This document shows, in pieces, positions 8,660 to 17,509 of a stretch of DNA of 64,000 nucleotides. The translations under genes and the position numbers were made by a program. Positions within the stretch are counted from its first letter, which is position 1, and every line of letters begins with the position of its first letter. The DNA comes from Gammaproteobacteria bacterium (GTDB taxonomy: Bacteria > Pseudomonadota > Gammaproteobacteria > JBCCGL01), in contig OZ255836.1 in NCBI GenBank assembly GCA_965277715.1, positions 608,001 through 672,000 on the forward strand, in the 5' to 3' direction. A model generated the notes under the pieces. The model worked only from the letters and a program-made list of their open reading frames with translations, did not search any database and had not been told where the DNA came from.

Positions 8660-9687
8660 TAGGCCAGCGTCTCTTCCAGCAATAATAGCTGGCGCTCTTC
8701 CCAGCGGTATAACAGGGTTTGCAGCAAACCCAGGACAACCGAGAGCGATAGCGCGATCAGCGTGGTGTCAAATGCGATGCCCAGTGGTGACAGCGCCGAG
8801 GCCAGTAGCTGGCTAAATTCTGCGCTGTTGTTGTTGAGGATAGCGCTCAAGCCCTCCGTTGCCAGGGAGATACCCAGCACGGTGCCAATAAAACCGAAAA
8901 TGGGAATGCTCCAGTTGATATAGCGTGGCAGCGAATAGAATGACTCGAACTGCTGCCAGATAATGGCGAATAACTCGTCGCGTTTTTTTACCGACTTACC
9001 TGCACGTTGGCGCGCCACCCGTAGTGGTGAATCCTCATCGTCGGTGTGTTTTAGCGCGTGCGCCATCAGCAGCCACTTACCGAGCAATAGCAAGGTGCCC
9101 CAAAAAAACAGAGTGAGAGTAATCGGGGGAATAACCCCGCGATCGAGCAGCTTAGGCGTGATAACGTCGAACAGCGGGTATTCACCAATTTGCAGCCACG
9201 TCATCAACAGGTCACAAAAAATCAGGCCAATGCAAAAGGCAATCGCTATGGCGGGGCCTTTGAGCGTATCTTCAACCAGTTCATTGAGGCTGGGTGATGC
9301 ACTGGGGGAAGTACTGTGCAGGTGCAGCAACTGGTTTGACGCGGCGAGAATCAACGCCAGAATCAGCACTAACAAATGTGTGGACAGATCGGTGTCCTGC
9401 CCCGTGAGCAGTGAGCGCCACAGATCGGCTGAAGCGATCAACACCAGCAGAAACAAGGCACCGATATTAGCCAGCATGGCCCATCGATAAAACAGACTGC
9501 GCCATACGCACAACAGGCTGGGCAAACCGGCCATCCCCCCGAGTAGCAACCACAGTGGAGACCACCCCCGTGCGATATACAACAGAGCAAAACACAATAC
9601 CGGGATCAGTGCACATAAAACCATTGCGGTTTTTGAGAGTAAATTTATGGAAGCGGAGGATTGTTGAGTATTTTGAGTTATCGGCAT
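8659..9687 (-). CDS. MotA/TolQ/ExbB proton channel family protein with extra N-terminal TM helices
   Basis: YINWSIPIFGFIGTVLGIS and LGIAFDTTLIALSLSVVL helices; RBS AGAGGA. Confidence 0.88.
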   Translation of the reverse strand: MPITQNTQQSSASINLLSKTAMVLCALIPVLCFALLYIARGWSPLWLLLGGMAGLPSLLCVWRSLFYRWAMLANIGALFLLVLIASADLWRSLLTGQDTDLSTHLLVLILALILAASNQLLHLHSTSPSASPSLNELVEDTLKGPAIAIAFCIGLIFCDLLMTWLQIGEYPLFDVITPKLLDRGVIPPITLTLFFWGTLLLLGKWLLMAHALKHTDDEDSPLRVARQRAGKSVKKRDELFAIIWQQFESFYSLPRYINWSIPIFGFIGTVLGISLATEGLSAILNNNSAEFSQLLASALSPLGIAFDTTLIALSLSVVLGLLQTLLYRWEERQLLLLEETLA

Positions 9688-9950
9688 GCTATTTCCTCTT
9701 TAGCCAGTATTGACGAAAGAATTATGGCGTAAGATTAACAGCATAACGTGTACTGCGGCCACCGTCAGGTGTTAAGGCTGTTAAGAGGCGTTCTCAATCC
9801 CCGCGAACAAACATTGCGCCCCTTTTGGACATCACCCGCCTACCTTCCACAGAAGCAGCCGGCGCCCACCTGTCTTGATTAGCAAGGTATTCTAATAACA
9901 TCCTACGCAACCTAGACAGAAACACCCACCAACCCAATAGAGAAGTAAAC

Positions 9951-10199
9951 TCAGACTTTATCCTGTTTGGCTGCCCACTCAGCAGCCGTATATGCCTTGA
10001 TCGTCAACGCATGAATTGCACCACTGGTAATATGTTCGTTGAGAATGGCATAAATCATCTTATGGCGTTTGATAATACTTTCACCGGCAAAGGCATCGCT
10101 GATAACCAATGCTTCAAATTTACTGCCATCACCGCTGACATCGGCCTTGGCACCAGGAATGCCTTTTTCTACCAGATCACTGAAATAATCCATTCGCAT
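9951..10199 (-). CDS. BolA/IbaG family protein
   Basis: GDGSKFEALVISDAF, KRHKMIY, IHALTIKAYT. Confidence 0.9.
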   Translation of the reverse strand: MRMDYFSDLVEKGIPGAKADVSGDGSKFEALVISDAFAGESIIKRHKMIYAILNEHITSGAIHALTIKAYTAAEWAAKQDKV

Positions 10200-10276
10200 A
10201 GGAATGTACCCGTACAATTTAAGTGTGCGGATTATATCGTGCCTGGTGAAGTGATGTTAGAGGGTGTCGGGAAACC

Positions 10277-11152
10277 TCACCCATGAACAACAAAATTATC
10301 GGCGCTTAATTCTACTTCATCGACACCGAGATAGGCCTCAATGGTCAGCATTGTACGGCTGATCTCAGCACCGACTTCCCGTGCGTGAAGCACCTCCTGG
10401 GTTATACCTTCACTCCAGCCGTAAATACTGTGAATCAACTCCTCGTCTGTGCGCACGTTATGTTGGATATCGTGCAGAATACGTGCAAATTCGCTCAATG
10501 TAGGCATAACGCCGATTTTGCTAAACAGTGCATGAAGTGCATTGATCACTGCCTGTATATCCGTTGCCAGATCGAAATCCTCGGCCCGGTAGGGTTGGCT
10601 GCTCATCGACGTTGCATTCACCCACACGCGAAAGCTGTGCTTCTGCAAGGAGTGATACAGTGGTTCTTCAGAAATCAGAAACATCAACAGCTTATCGCGA
10701 TTGGCAAAGAACTGCGTATCACTGGAATGCCACTCACCGCTGCGAATAAACTGATAAAGCTGAATATGCCTGGCAAATTGTGCTGCCTGCAATTGATCGA
10801 GGATAACAACCGTCTGCTCGCCTTCGCTAAACGCACAGGCGTCACTCATAACGTGATCGAATGCCGAAACAGGTGTTGGTGTCGTTAACGGCTCACCGTC
10901 ATCGTCGCTGACTGCTGGTGGGGTAGGTGGTATTGGTTGTTCATCACTAAAATCGTGATACAGCACATGCTGATATTCGAGCGAGGTCGCCAGGGCATTG
11001 GCGAAAGCGGTTTTACGCCGACCAGGGGCACCTTCAATATTGAGGCAGTGAATGTCGTCGCTGCGGCTGTTAAGCAGGCACTTGATGTGGTAGCTATAGT
11101 CGTCGTTGGATTCATAGCCATTGGCGGCCATTTTTTCAAGCAGGGTTGTCAT
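10277..11152 (-). CDS. Hypothetical protein with degenerate AAA+/MoxR-like P-loop
   Basis: EGAPGRRKTAFA (Walker A-like) and VVILDQLQ (Walker B-like, E to Q). Confidence 0.65.
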   Translation of the reverse strand: MTTLLEKMAANGYESNDDYSYHIKCLLNSRSDDIHCLNIEGAPGRRKTAFANALATSLEYQHVLYHDFSDEQPIPPTPPAVSDDDGEPLTTPTPVSAFDHVMSDACAFSEGEQTVVILDQLQAAQFARHIQLYQFIRSGEWHSSDTQFFANRDKLLMFLISEEPLYHSLQKHSFRVWVNATSMSSQPYRAEDFDLATDIQAVINALHALFSKIGVMPTLSEFARILHDIQHNVRTDEELIHSIYGWSEGITQEVLHAREVGAEISRTMLTIEAYLGVDEVELSADNFVVHG

Positions 11153-11287
11153 TGACAGCTCCAGAGATTTCTTGCCCTATTTTAACGGCTCTATAGAAGA
11201 AATTTGTACGGCATTGTTAGAATCCGGTGGGTGAAAAAAGTGATAGGATTTGATCTCGTTAGAAATCAATTGGATAAGGTACATTGC

Positions 11288-11881
11288 ATGTCTGTTGAAA
11301 CCATTGTATTTGTTGCTATTGCGATAGGCGTCATCTGGTTTTTTATCGCGGTTTACAATCGTTTAGTCGCGTTGCGCAATCAATTTAAAAATGCTTTTTC
11401 ACAAATCGATGTGCAGCTTACCCGTCGCTATGAGTTGATTCCCAACCTGGTCGAAACGGCCAAGGCTTATATGCAGCATGAACGTGAAACACTGGCATCG
11501 GTGATTCAAGCACGCAATAGTGCCGCGTCTGCGGCGACGGTTGCCAATGCAAATCCGGCAGATGCAGCGGCGATGCGTGCATTAGCGGGTGCTGAGGTGG
11601 TGCTAGGAGAGGCGATGGGGGGCTTTTTTGCGCTGACCGAGAGTTATCCCGATCTCAAAGCAGACGAGACTATGACACAGTTAATGGAAGCACTCAGCAC
11701 TAGCGAAAACCGTGTAGCGTTTTCCCGCCAGGCATTTAACGATGCCGTTATGTTGTACAACACCAGCCGGGAACAATTTCCCAATAATATCCTCGCCGGC
11801 TTTTTTAAATTCAAGGAAGCTGTGCACCTTGACATCGAACGGCCACAGATGCGTGAACCGATTAATGTTTCTTTCAACTGA
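11288..11881 (+). CDS. lemA: LemA family protein
   Basis: YNRLV, QIDVQLTRRYELIPNLVET, ESYPDLKA, ENRVAFSRQAFND. Confidence 0.95.
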   Translation: MSVETIVFVAIAIGVIWFFIAVYNRLVALRNQFKNAFSQIDVQLTRRYELIPNLVETAKAYMQHERETLASVIQARNSAASAATVANANPADAAAMRALAGAEVVLGEAMGGFFALTESYPDLKADETMTQLMEALSTSENRVAFSRQAFNDAVMLYNTSREQFPNNILAGFFKFKEAVHLDIERPQMREPINVSFN

Positions 11882-11908
11882 TGTATCTGGGTTCGATCAG
11901 GTGCGCGG

Positions 11909-13849
11909 ATGAATTTCTTTCAGCATCAGGAGGGTGCGCGTCGTCAAACGCATAAACTAATCGGTTATTTTATATTCGCTGTATTGCTTATCGTGCTGGT
12001 AGTGAATGGGGTTGTCGGTTTAGTCGTCTTGATGGTGACAGAACAGCCTAATAACACGCTGTATCAATGGATTGAGCAACCCTGGTGGTGTGTGGTGTCT
12101 GTTATTACGCTGTTGGTGATTGTCGGTGGCAGTATCCGGCGGGTGCATCAATTGCGTGAGGGTGGTGATGCTATTGCCGAATGGGCGGGGGCAAAGCGAT
12201 TGGATATGTATTCGCGGAGACAACAAGATAAGGTGTTTATCAATGTTGCAGAGGAAATGGCTATCGCCTCAGGTATGCCATTGCCGAGTTTGTGGGTAAT
12301 GGAGCGAGAGGGTGGCATCAATGCTTTTGTCGCGGGTATGAGGCCAAGTGAAGCGGCGTTGGTGGTTACCCGAGGCTGTCTTGAACAACTGGATCGCGAT
12401 GAACTGCAAGGTGTGATAGGCCACGAATTTAGCCATATTTTTCATGGCGATATGCGCTTAAATATTTGGTTAATGGGTGTGCTGGCAGGTATTTTGGCCA
12501 TTGGTCAAATGGGTGGTTTGATGTTGCGTTCCACAGGGGCAGGCATCAGCTATCGTCGCAATGCGAAAACCCTCGGTGTGGTGTTGGTCACGGGTATAGC
12601 GTTGTTATTGGTGGGGGCGGTGGGTTTATTTTTTGGTCGACTGATCAAAGCCTCCGTTTCCCGACAGCGTGAATACCTGGCTGATGCAGCGGCGGTGCAA
12701 TACACACGCAATACCCACGGCATTGCCGGTGCCTTAGTGAAAATTCGCGACACCCATTATGGCTCACATTTAATAGGCGCACGTGCGGAGGAAATGAGTC
12801 ATATGTGTTTTGGTGCAACTTTGAGCGCACGTTTTGGTAAGCGCTTGGCGACGCACCCGCCACTGGATAAGCGCATTCAGCGTATTGATCCCTATTTTAT
12901 GGTGAAGGCGCGCAGTAGAGCGCGTGCCCGTCAGCTACAAGAAAATAGCGAAAAAGTACCCAACGATACACTGACTACCTCAAGGGGATTTGCAGCGCTA
13001 AGCCAGGATGTGGTCAGTATTCATGCCCGTGATGTGGTTGAAAGTATTGGTAACCCAGGCACAGGGCATATAGCTTATGCCCAGGCTTTGCACGCGGCGA
13101 TTCCCGTTCAGTTTAGCCTGGCACTGCATGAAAAAATGGGGGCAAAGTGGTTAGTAATGGCCATGTTACTGGGCAGCAAACAACCACACATCGACAAGCG
13201 TAAACAGATTATTAGCCTGTCGGAGGGAGTTGCTACTGCAGATAGTGTGGTCGAGTTGCATACTCTGGCACAGGCGCAGTGGCCGCGCCTGCGTTTGGCG
13301 GTAGTTGATCTGGCGTTGCCACAACTTAAAATGCTGTGTTTCGATGAACGCAAACAGTTTATGCGTACAGTGGGCGATTTGGTTGTTGCTGATGGCAAGA
13401 CATCACTATTTGAATTTACCTTACTGGCAATTTTGCGTCGGCATTTACCTTTTTCACCTGTCGTGGAAACCAGGCCTACATTTTTTACTTATAAGCCAGT
13501 GGAACAGGAAATTGCGTTATTGCTCTCATTGATGATTCGTGTCGGTGGTGATTCTGACGATGCGAATACGCGCTATACACAGCTGTTGCGTACATTCACT
13601 CGCAATGTCATTAATCGTCAGTCATTGCCCACCTTGGGCAGTAAAACACTCAATGTTGTGCTGGGTAAACTACAAAATCTGGCGCCAATCCTGAAAGCAT
13701 CTGTTATCGAGTCGCTCATTGAGTGTGTGCTACACAATGGGCATATAAAAATTCAAGAGGCAGAGCTATTGCGTGCGGTTGCAGAAATGTTGGATTGCCC
13801 GCTACCGCCGCTAATAGACACACATCAAAATACGGGGCAGTTAATTTAA
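11909..13849 (+). CDS. M48 family Zn metallopeptidase (HtpX-like, long form)
   Basis: MNFFQHQ start, INAFVAG, GHEFSH zinc motif, SRQREYLADA, THPPL; typical lemA partner. Confidence 0.93.
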   Translation: MNFFQHQEGARRQTHKLIGYFIFAVLLIVLVVNGVVGLVVLMVTEQPNNTLYQWIEQPWWCVVSVITLLVIVGGSIRRVHQLREGGDAIAEWAGAKRLDMYSRRQQDKVFINVAEEMAIASGMPLPSLWVMEREGGINAFVAGMRPSEAALVVTRGCLEQLDRDELQGVIGHEFSHIFHGDMRLNIWLMGVLAGILAIGQMGGLMLRSTGAGISYRRNAKTLGVVLVTGIALLLVGAVGLFFGRLIKASVSRQREYLADAAAVQYTRNTHGIAGALVKIRDTHYGSHLIGARAEEMSHMCFGATLSARFGKRLATHPPLDKRIQRIDPYFMVKARSRARARQLQENSEKVPNDTLTTSRGFAALSQDVVSIHARDVVESIGNPGTGHIAYAQALHAAIPVQFSLALHEKMGAKWLVMAMLLGSKQPHIDKRKQIISLSEGVATADSVVELHTLAQAQWPRLRLAVVDLALPQLKMLCFDERKQFMRTVGDLVVADGKTSLFEFTLLAILRRHLPFSPVVETRPTFFTYKPVEQEIALLLSLMIRVGGDSDDANTRYTQLLRTFTRNVINRQSLPTLGSKTLNVVLGKLQNLAPILKASVIESLIECVLHNGHIKIQEAELLRAVAEMLDCPLPPLIDTHQNTGQLI

Positions 13850-14328
13850 TGACGATAAGCAACGCTGTAAAATACCTCACTGGTCGATGCCAATGCGGGA
13901 ATATCCGCTACCAGATAAACGGTGAGCCACTCACCTTGTATGCATGCCATTGCCTGGATTGCCAAAAGCAATCGTCGAGTGCATTTGGATTGTCGATGTG
14001 GGTGTCGGTGGGGGATTTTATAGTGCTACAGGGCGCGCTTAAATTCTGGTCGACAACGGTTGATGATGGCAGTGAAAAGCGCTGTGCATTCTGCCCCGAA
14101 TGTGGCACCCGGATTTATCATGCGCTGGATGATACGCCTGAGATTTTCAGCTTGAAGGCCGGTACATTGGACGATACCTCAACGCTTGAGCCGGTTGCAC
14201 ATATTTGGGTCAAACGAGCACATCACTGGTTGAATTTAGCGCACGGTGAGGCTTTGTGTTACGACGCTGATCCAGTGTCTTTTAAACAGATACTCTCGGC
14301 CTGGTCTGTTCGTAACCGTGTGATGTAG
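13849..14328 (+). CDS. GFA family (glutathione-dependent formaldehyde-activating-like) protein
   Basis: GRCQCG, CHCLDCQK, FCPECG; TAATG coupling at 13849. Confidence 0.9.
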   Translation: MTISNAVKYLTGRCQCGNIRYQINGEPLTLYACHCLDCQKQSSSAFGLSMWVSVGDFIVLQGALKFWSTTVDDGSEKRCAFCPECGTRIYHALDDTPEIFSLKAGTLDDTSTLEPVAHIWVKRAHHWLNLAHGEALCYDADPVSFKQILSAWSVRNRVM

Positions 14329-14410
14329 TGTGTATTTGATTTTAGATGTGCTTTGTGCAACGATCATTCGCGCTATGCTACTGTAACTTTACTTAAAAAA
14401 GGATTAAACG

Positions 14411-15070
14411 ATGACAAATGATAATACTGTCTCGATTGAGGAGATAACATCTATTCAGGCAGAGAGCGCCCGTTTGCAAAGGGAAGTGCTTTCAATGCAG
14501 AAAGAAAATGCTCTGGAAATGCAGGAAATAAGTCGAAGGTTTGTTGAGACAGATCGCAAGTTTGTTGAGACAGATCGCAAATTCGCAGAGACGAAAGTGT
14601 ATTTGGATCAGGTGCTGGCACGGGCAGATAAGGTGTTTGCTATGGCGGGTAACTTGACCAACAATATTGGTGATGTCGCCGAGGAATTTTTCTATCAGGG
14701 TTTGTCCACCAGCATGGCGCTCGGCGGGATGCACTTCGATATGATCGACCGGCGGATTAAAAACCATGTCGGTACACTGCAGGGTGAATACGATTTAGTA
14801 CTCTATAATGGCAACAGTGTCGCCCTGGTTGAAGTCAAACACAAACTACACCCCAACGATGTAGACCGCTTCGCCAATAAAGCCCTGCCGAATTTTCGCC
14901 CTTTGTTTCCCGCTTACGCAGACCATCGAATATACGGTGCTGTCGCTGCGCTGTCAGTGCCGGAGGAGGCGGTTGAAAGAGCGATGGCCAACGGTTTGGG
15001 AATACTGACGCAGGCTGGAGAGGATATGCGCTTGCTCAATCCACCGGGGTTTAGCTTGCGCTGTTACTAA
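14411..15070 (+). CDS. Coiled-coil plus PD-(D/E)XK nuclease-like protein (DUF3782-like architecture)
   Basis: Heptad repeats FVETDRK, GDVAEEFF, EYDLVLYNGNSVALVEVK. Confidence 0.75.
   Translation: MTNDNTVSIEEITSIQAESARLQREVLSMQKENALEMQEISRRFVETDRKFVETDRKFAETKVYLDQVLARADKVFAMAGNLTNNIGDVAEEFFYQGLSTSMALGGMHFDMIDRRIKNHVGTLQGEYDLVLYNGNSVALVEVKHKLHPNDVDRFANKALPNFRPLFPAYADHRIYGAVAALSVPEEAVERAMANGLGILTQAGEDMRLLNPPGFSLRCY
14540..14596 (+). repeat. 21-bp coding tandem repeat (about 2.7 copies, FVETDRK)
   Basis: tttgttgagacagatcgcaag tttgttgagacagatcgcaaa ttcgcagagacgaaa. Confidence 0.85.
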
Positions 15071-16506
15071 AGCTCAGCACCTAATCGCAATACCTCATCA
15101 ACCAATTGATCCGCCTGGACAAATTCAGTACGGGCGCCGATAAAACACGGGCGAATAACCAGTTTGCCATCAAGCAGGGTCGTGCTGGGCATGTTCTCAC
15201 CCGCACGAATCAACGCGCGGTGAATGCGCGTATTATGTGCATTTAAATCGCTGATAGCCTCATCGATATAGCGAAAGCAACAAATCGAGAGCGTTGGCTC
15301 CATCACCAGTTCCAGGTTGGGGTGTGCTTTGGCGCGCTCAGCGACATGCCGCGCCATATCGTTGTGGCGGCAGATACGGGCGCGCATACCCTCGCGACCA
15401 ATCTCGCGCAACAACCCCCACACGGTGATGCCACGGGGGGGTGCAGATAACTCCACACCATAATCACTGTATCGGTGGCCGGGGTTGTCGAGCGAGTGTT
15501 CGGCCTTGTCAAAATCGAAGGCGGTATCCAGGTAGGCCGCTGGTTCCTGGGTAAATGCCCGTTCTAAAATACTGCGGTCACGGACAAAGGTCGCGGCAAT
15601 GCCAGTGGCGGCACCCAGCCATTTATGGGGGTCGACGATGGCTGAATCGGCCAGCTCCAGACCGGCGTAGAGAGGGGCCACACGTTCATCGAGAATGCCG
15701 GGCAGGCCGTAGGCACCATCGACGTGAAACCAGATATTGTTGGCCGCCGCGATTTCACCCAGCGATTGTAAATCGTCGATTGAACCGGCGTTTGTTGTGC
15801 CCGCGTTAGCGATTACAGCGATGGGTATTTTGCCCGCCTGTAGATCGCATTCAATGGCTTTTTGCAACGCTTCTGGGCGCATACAGCCACGCGCATCGCA
15901 GTCGACGCCCAATACGGCATTCCTGCCCAAACCCAATACACCGGCGGCACGTTTGATCGTCTGGTGCGTGTGTGCCGAGGCGTAGAGTGCCACCGGCCCA
16001 TAAACACCATCGGCTGCCGGGTCGTGGCCGCGCAATTCGAAGGCGTGCTGACGCGCTGCACCAATAGCCAGCAGATTGGCGACTGAACCACCACTGCTAT
16101 AAACACCGCGCATGTGCTCAGCGAGGCCACAGAGTGTCGCCAGCCAGTGCAGCGATTGTTCCTCTAAAAAATTGCAGGGGGTCAATCCAAAACGCTGTGG
16201 GTTGGTAACGGTGGCCGCGAGTGAGGTCAAGGTGGCAATGGTTGCTGCACCGGTGGTGACAAAGCTGGTAAACCCCGGTTTGCACACTTGCGAACCATTA
16301 GGGATTAGCTGTTCACACAACTCGTTCACGGTGGCGTCGATACCCACGCCTTTTTCAGGCAGGGGGATGTTGAATACAGGGTGCCACTGTGTGTGATTTT
16401 GCATAGCGTCTGCGTGCTCAAATCGCAGATACTGCGTCAGTGCTGCGCCAACTTTGGTCAGAAGTGGCGCGATATTGCCTGTTTCGGCGTGTTCGCCTTT
16501 TTGCAT
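15067..16506 (-). CDS. Group II PLP-dependent decarboxylase
   Basis: SGGSVANL, AGTTNAGSIDDL, WFHVDGAYG, DPHKWL. Confidence 0.92.
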   Translation of the reverse strand: MQKGEHAETGNIAPLLTKVGAALTQYLRFEHADAMQNHTQWHPVFNIPLPEKGVGIDATVNELCEQLIPNGSQVCKPGFTSFVTTGAATIATLTSLAATVTNPQRFGLTPCNFLEEQSLHWLATLCGLAEHMRGVYSSGGSVANLLAIGAARQHAFELRGHDPAADGVYGPVALYASAHTHQTIKRAAGVLGLGRNAVLGVDCDARGCMRPEALQKAIECDLQAGKIPIAVIANAGTTNAGSIDDLQSLGEIAAANNIWFHVDGAYGLPGILDERVAPLYAGLELADSAIVDPHKWLGAATGIAATFVRDRSILERAFTQEPAAYLDTAFDFDKAEHSLDNPGHRYSDYGVELSAPPRGITVWGLLREIGREGMRARICRHNDMARHVAERAKAHPNLELVMEPTLSICCFRYIDEAISDLNAHNTRIHRALIRAGENMPSTTLLDGKLVIRPCFIGARTEFVQADQLVDEVLRLGAEL

Positions 16507-16943
16507 TATTGCTCTTCCCCGTGTCGCTGTTGGCTGGCTTGCCTGCTGCGTTCAGCGGGGACAAACAGTTGTTCGATCAGGTAGGTTTTAAAATCGTCGG
16601 CGTAAGGCTGTTCATCCAGTGCTTTTTGCATGCACAGCAGCCAGGCGTCGCGCTCTTCTACACCAATCCTGAATTGCGAATGAAACACAGGGATACGAAT
16701 GGAGCCGTATTTTTCCTGGTATAGCATCGGGCCGCCCATCCAGCCACAGAGGAATAAGCTGAGCTTTTCACGCGGCAGTGTGAGATCTTTTGGGTGCATA
16801 CGGCGAATTGTTGCGGCCTGTGGCAGGGTGTCCATAAAACCGTAAAAATGATCGACCAACTGGCGGATGCCCGCCTCTCCACCAGCGGCGTTAAATGATG
16901 CCGGGCCATTGCCATAGTTGCTGCCAGGTTTGGTGATTTGCAT
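16506..16943 (-). CDS. Group II truncated hemoglobin
   Basis: GGEAGIRQLVDHFY, FLCGWMGGP, ERDAWLLCM. Confidence 0.92.
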   Translation of the reverse strand: MQITKPGSNYGNGPASFNAAGGEAGIRQLVDHFYGFMDTLPQAATIRRMHPKDLTLPREKLSLFLCGWMGGPMLYQEKYGSIRIPVFHSQFRIGVEERDAWLLCMQKALDEQPYADDFKTYLIEQLFVPAERSRQASQQRHGEEQ

Positions 16944-17087
16944 AGCGGTTATTGCTCGTTGTTTCAGTATAAATTCAACTGATTATTAAGGCGGGTGAAA
17001 GTGCGCTAGGGGTGATTAAAATACAGTGGGTAAAACCATACCGTGAACACATTTTTTCGGCAATCTTAAACGCGTTAAAAACCCCCA

Positions 17088-17240
17088 TTAACTCAGCCGC
17101 TCTTCCAGTGCACGCATCTGCTGACTGATCGCCGCTTGTGTCAGGTTCAATACCTGCGCGGCGCGGGTGAAACTAAGCAGGCGTGCCGCCGCTTCATAGG
17201 TCACCAGGGGTTCCAGTGGTGGTAGTTGGCTTTTTAGTGG
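17088..17240 (-). pseudogene. Truncated GcvA-like LysR regulator (HTH fragment only)
   Basis: Reads LPPLEPLVTYEAAARLLSFTRAAQVLNLTQAAISQQMRALEERLS-stop; no clear start codon and no effector domain. Confidence 0.85.
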
Positions 17241-17301
17241 TATTAGAATTATTTATCGATTGCCACGAATGTAGCATTACAGTAGCTTATGTGAATATAA
17301 A

Positions 17302-17476
17302 CCTAAATTCCGCAGTTGGATCGTAGCGAGGGCGTCTAAGGTGCTGAAGATGAAGTGTTTTTACCAGCATTTTAGCCATCCTGTAGTGATTCTACAGGTG
17401 AAGCTGAAATGCTGGTAAAAACGCTTTAGATTCAGTGCATTAGGTGGTCGCAGTAGATTCAACTGAGGAATTTAGG
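17302..17476. mobile_element. MITE-like element with 21-bp terminal inverted repeats and a long internal hairpin
   Basis: CCTAAATTCCGCAGTTGGATC (17302-17322) vs GATTCAACTGAGGAATTTAGG (17456-17476), 19/21 complementary; internal 24-bp arms at 17353-17376 and 17403-17426; related ends at 56992 and 63698. Confidence 0.75.
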
Positions 17477-17509
17477 GTAAATAATGCACCACGATGGGGA
17501 GACAATTTA

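Noticed and set aside
6259-9687. Zorya ZorAB or flagellar MotAB
   Set aside because: No OmpA-like peptidoglycan-binding domain in the partners, no long cytoplasmic tail on the channel subunit, no helicase or nuclease effectors
17336-17444. Integron attC site
   Set aside because: Lacks RYYYAAC/GTTRRRY core boxes; no integrase or cassette array
17444-17509. Upstream GTG start of the Rieske gene and the similar peptide AVDSTEEFR in ORF 63524-63739
   Set aside because: Both are translations of the same non-coding repeat
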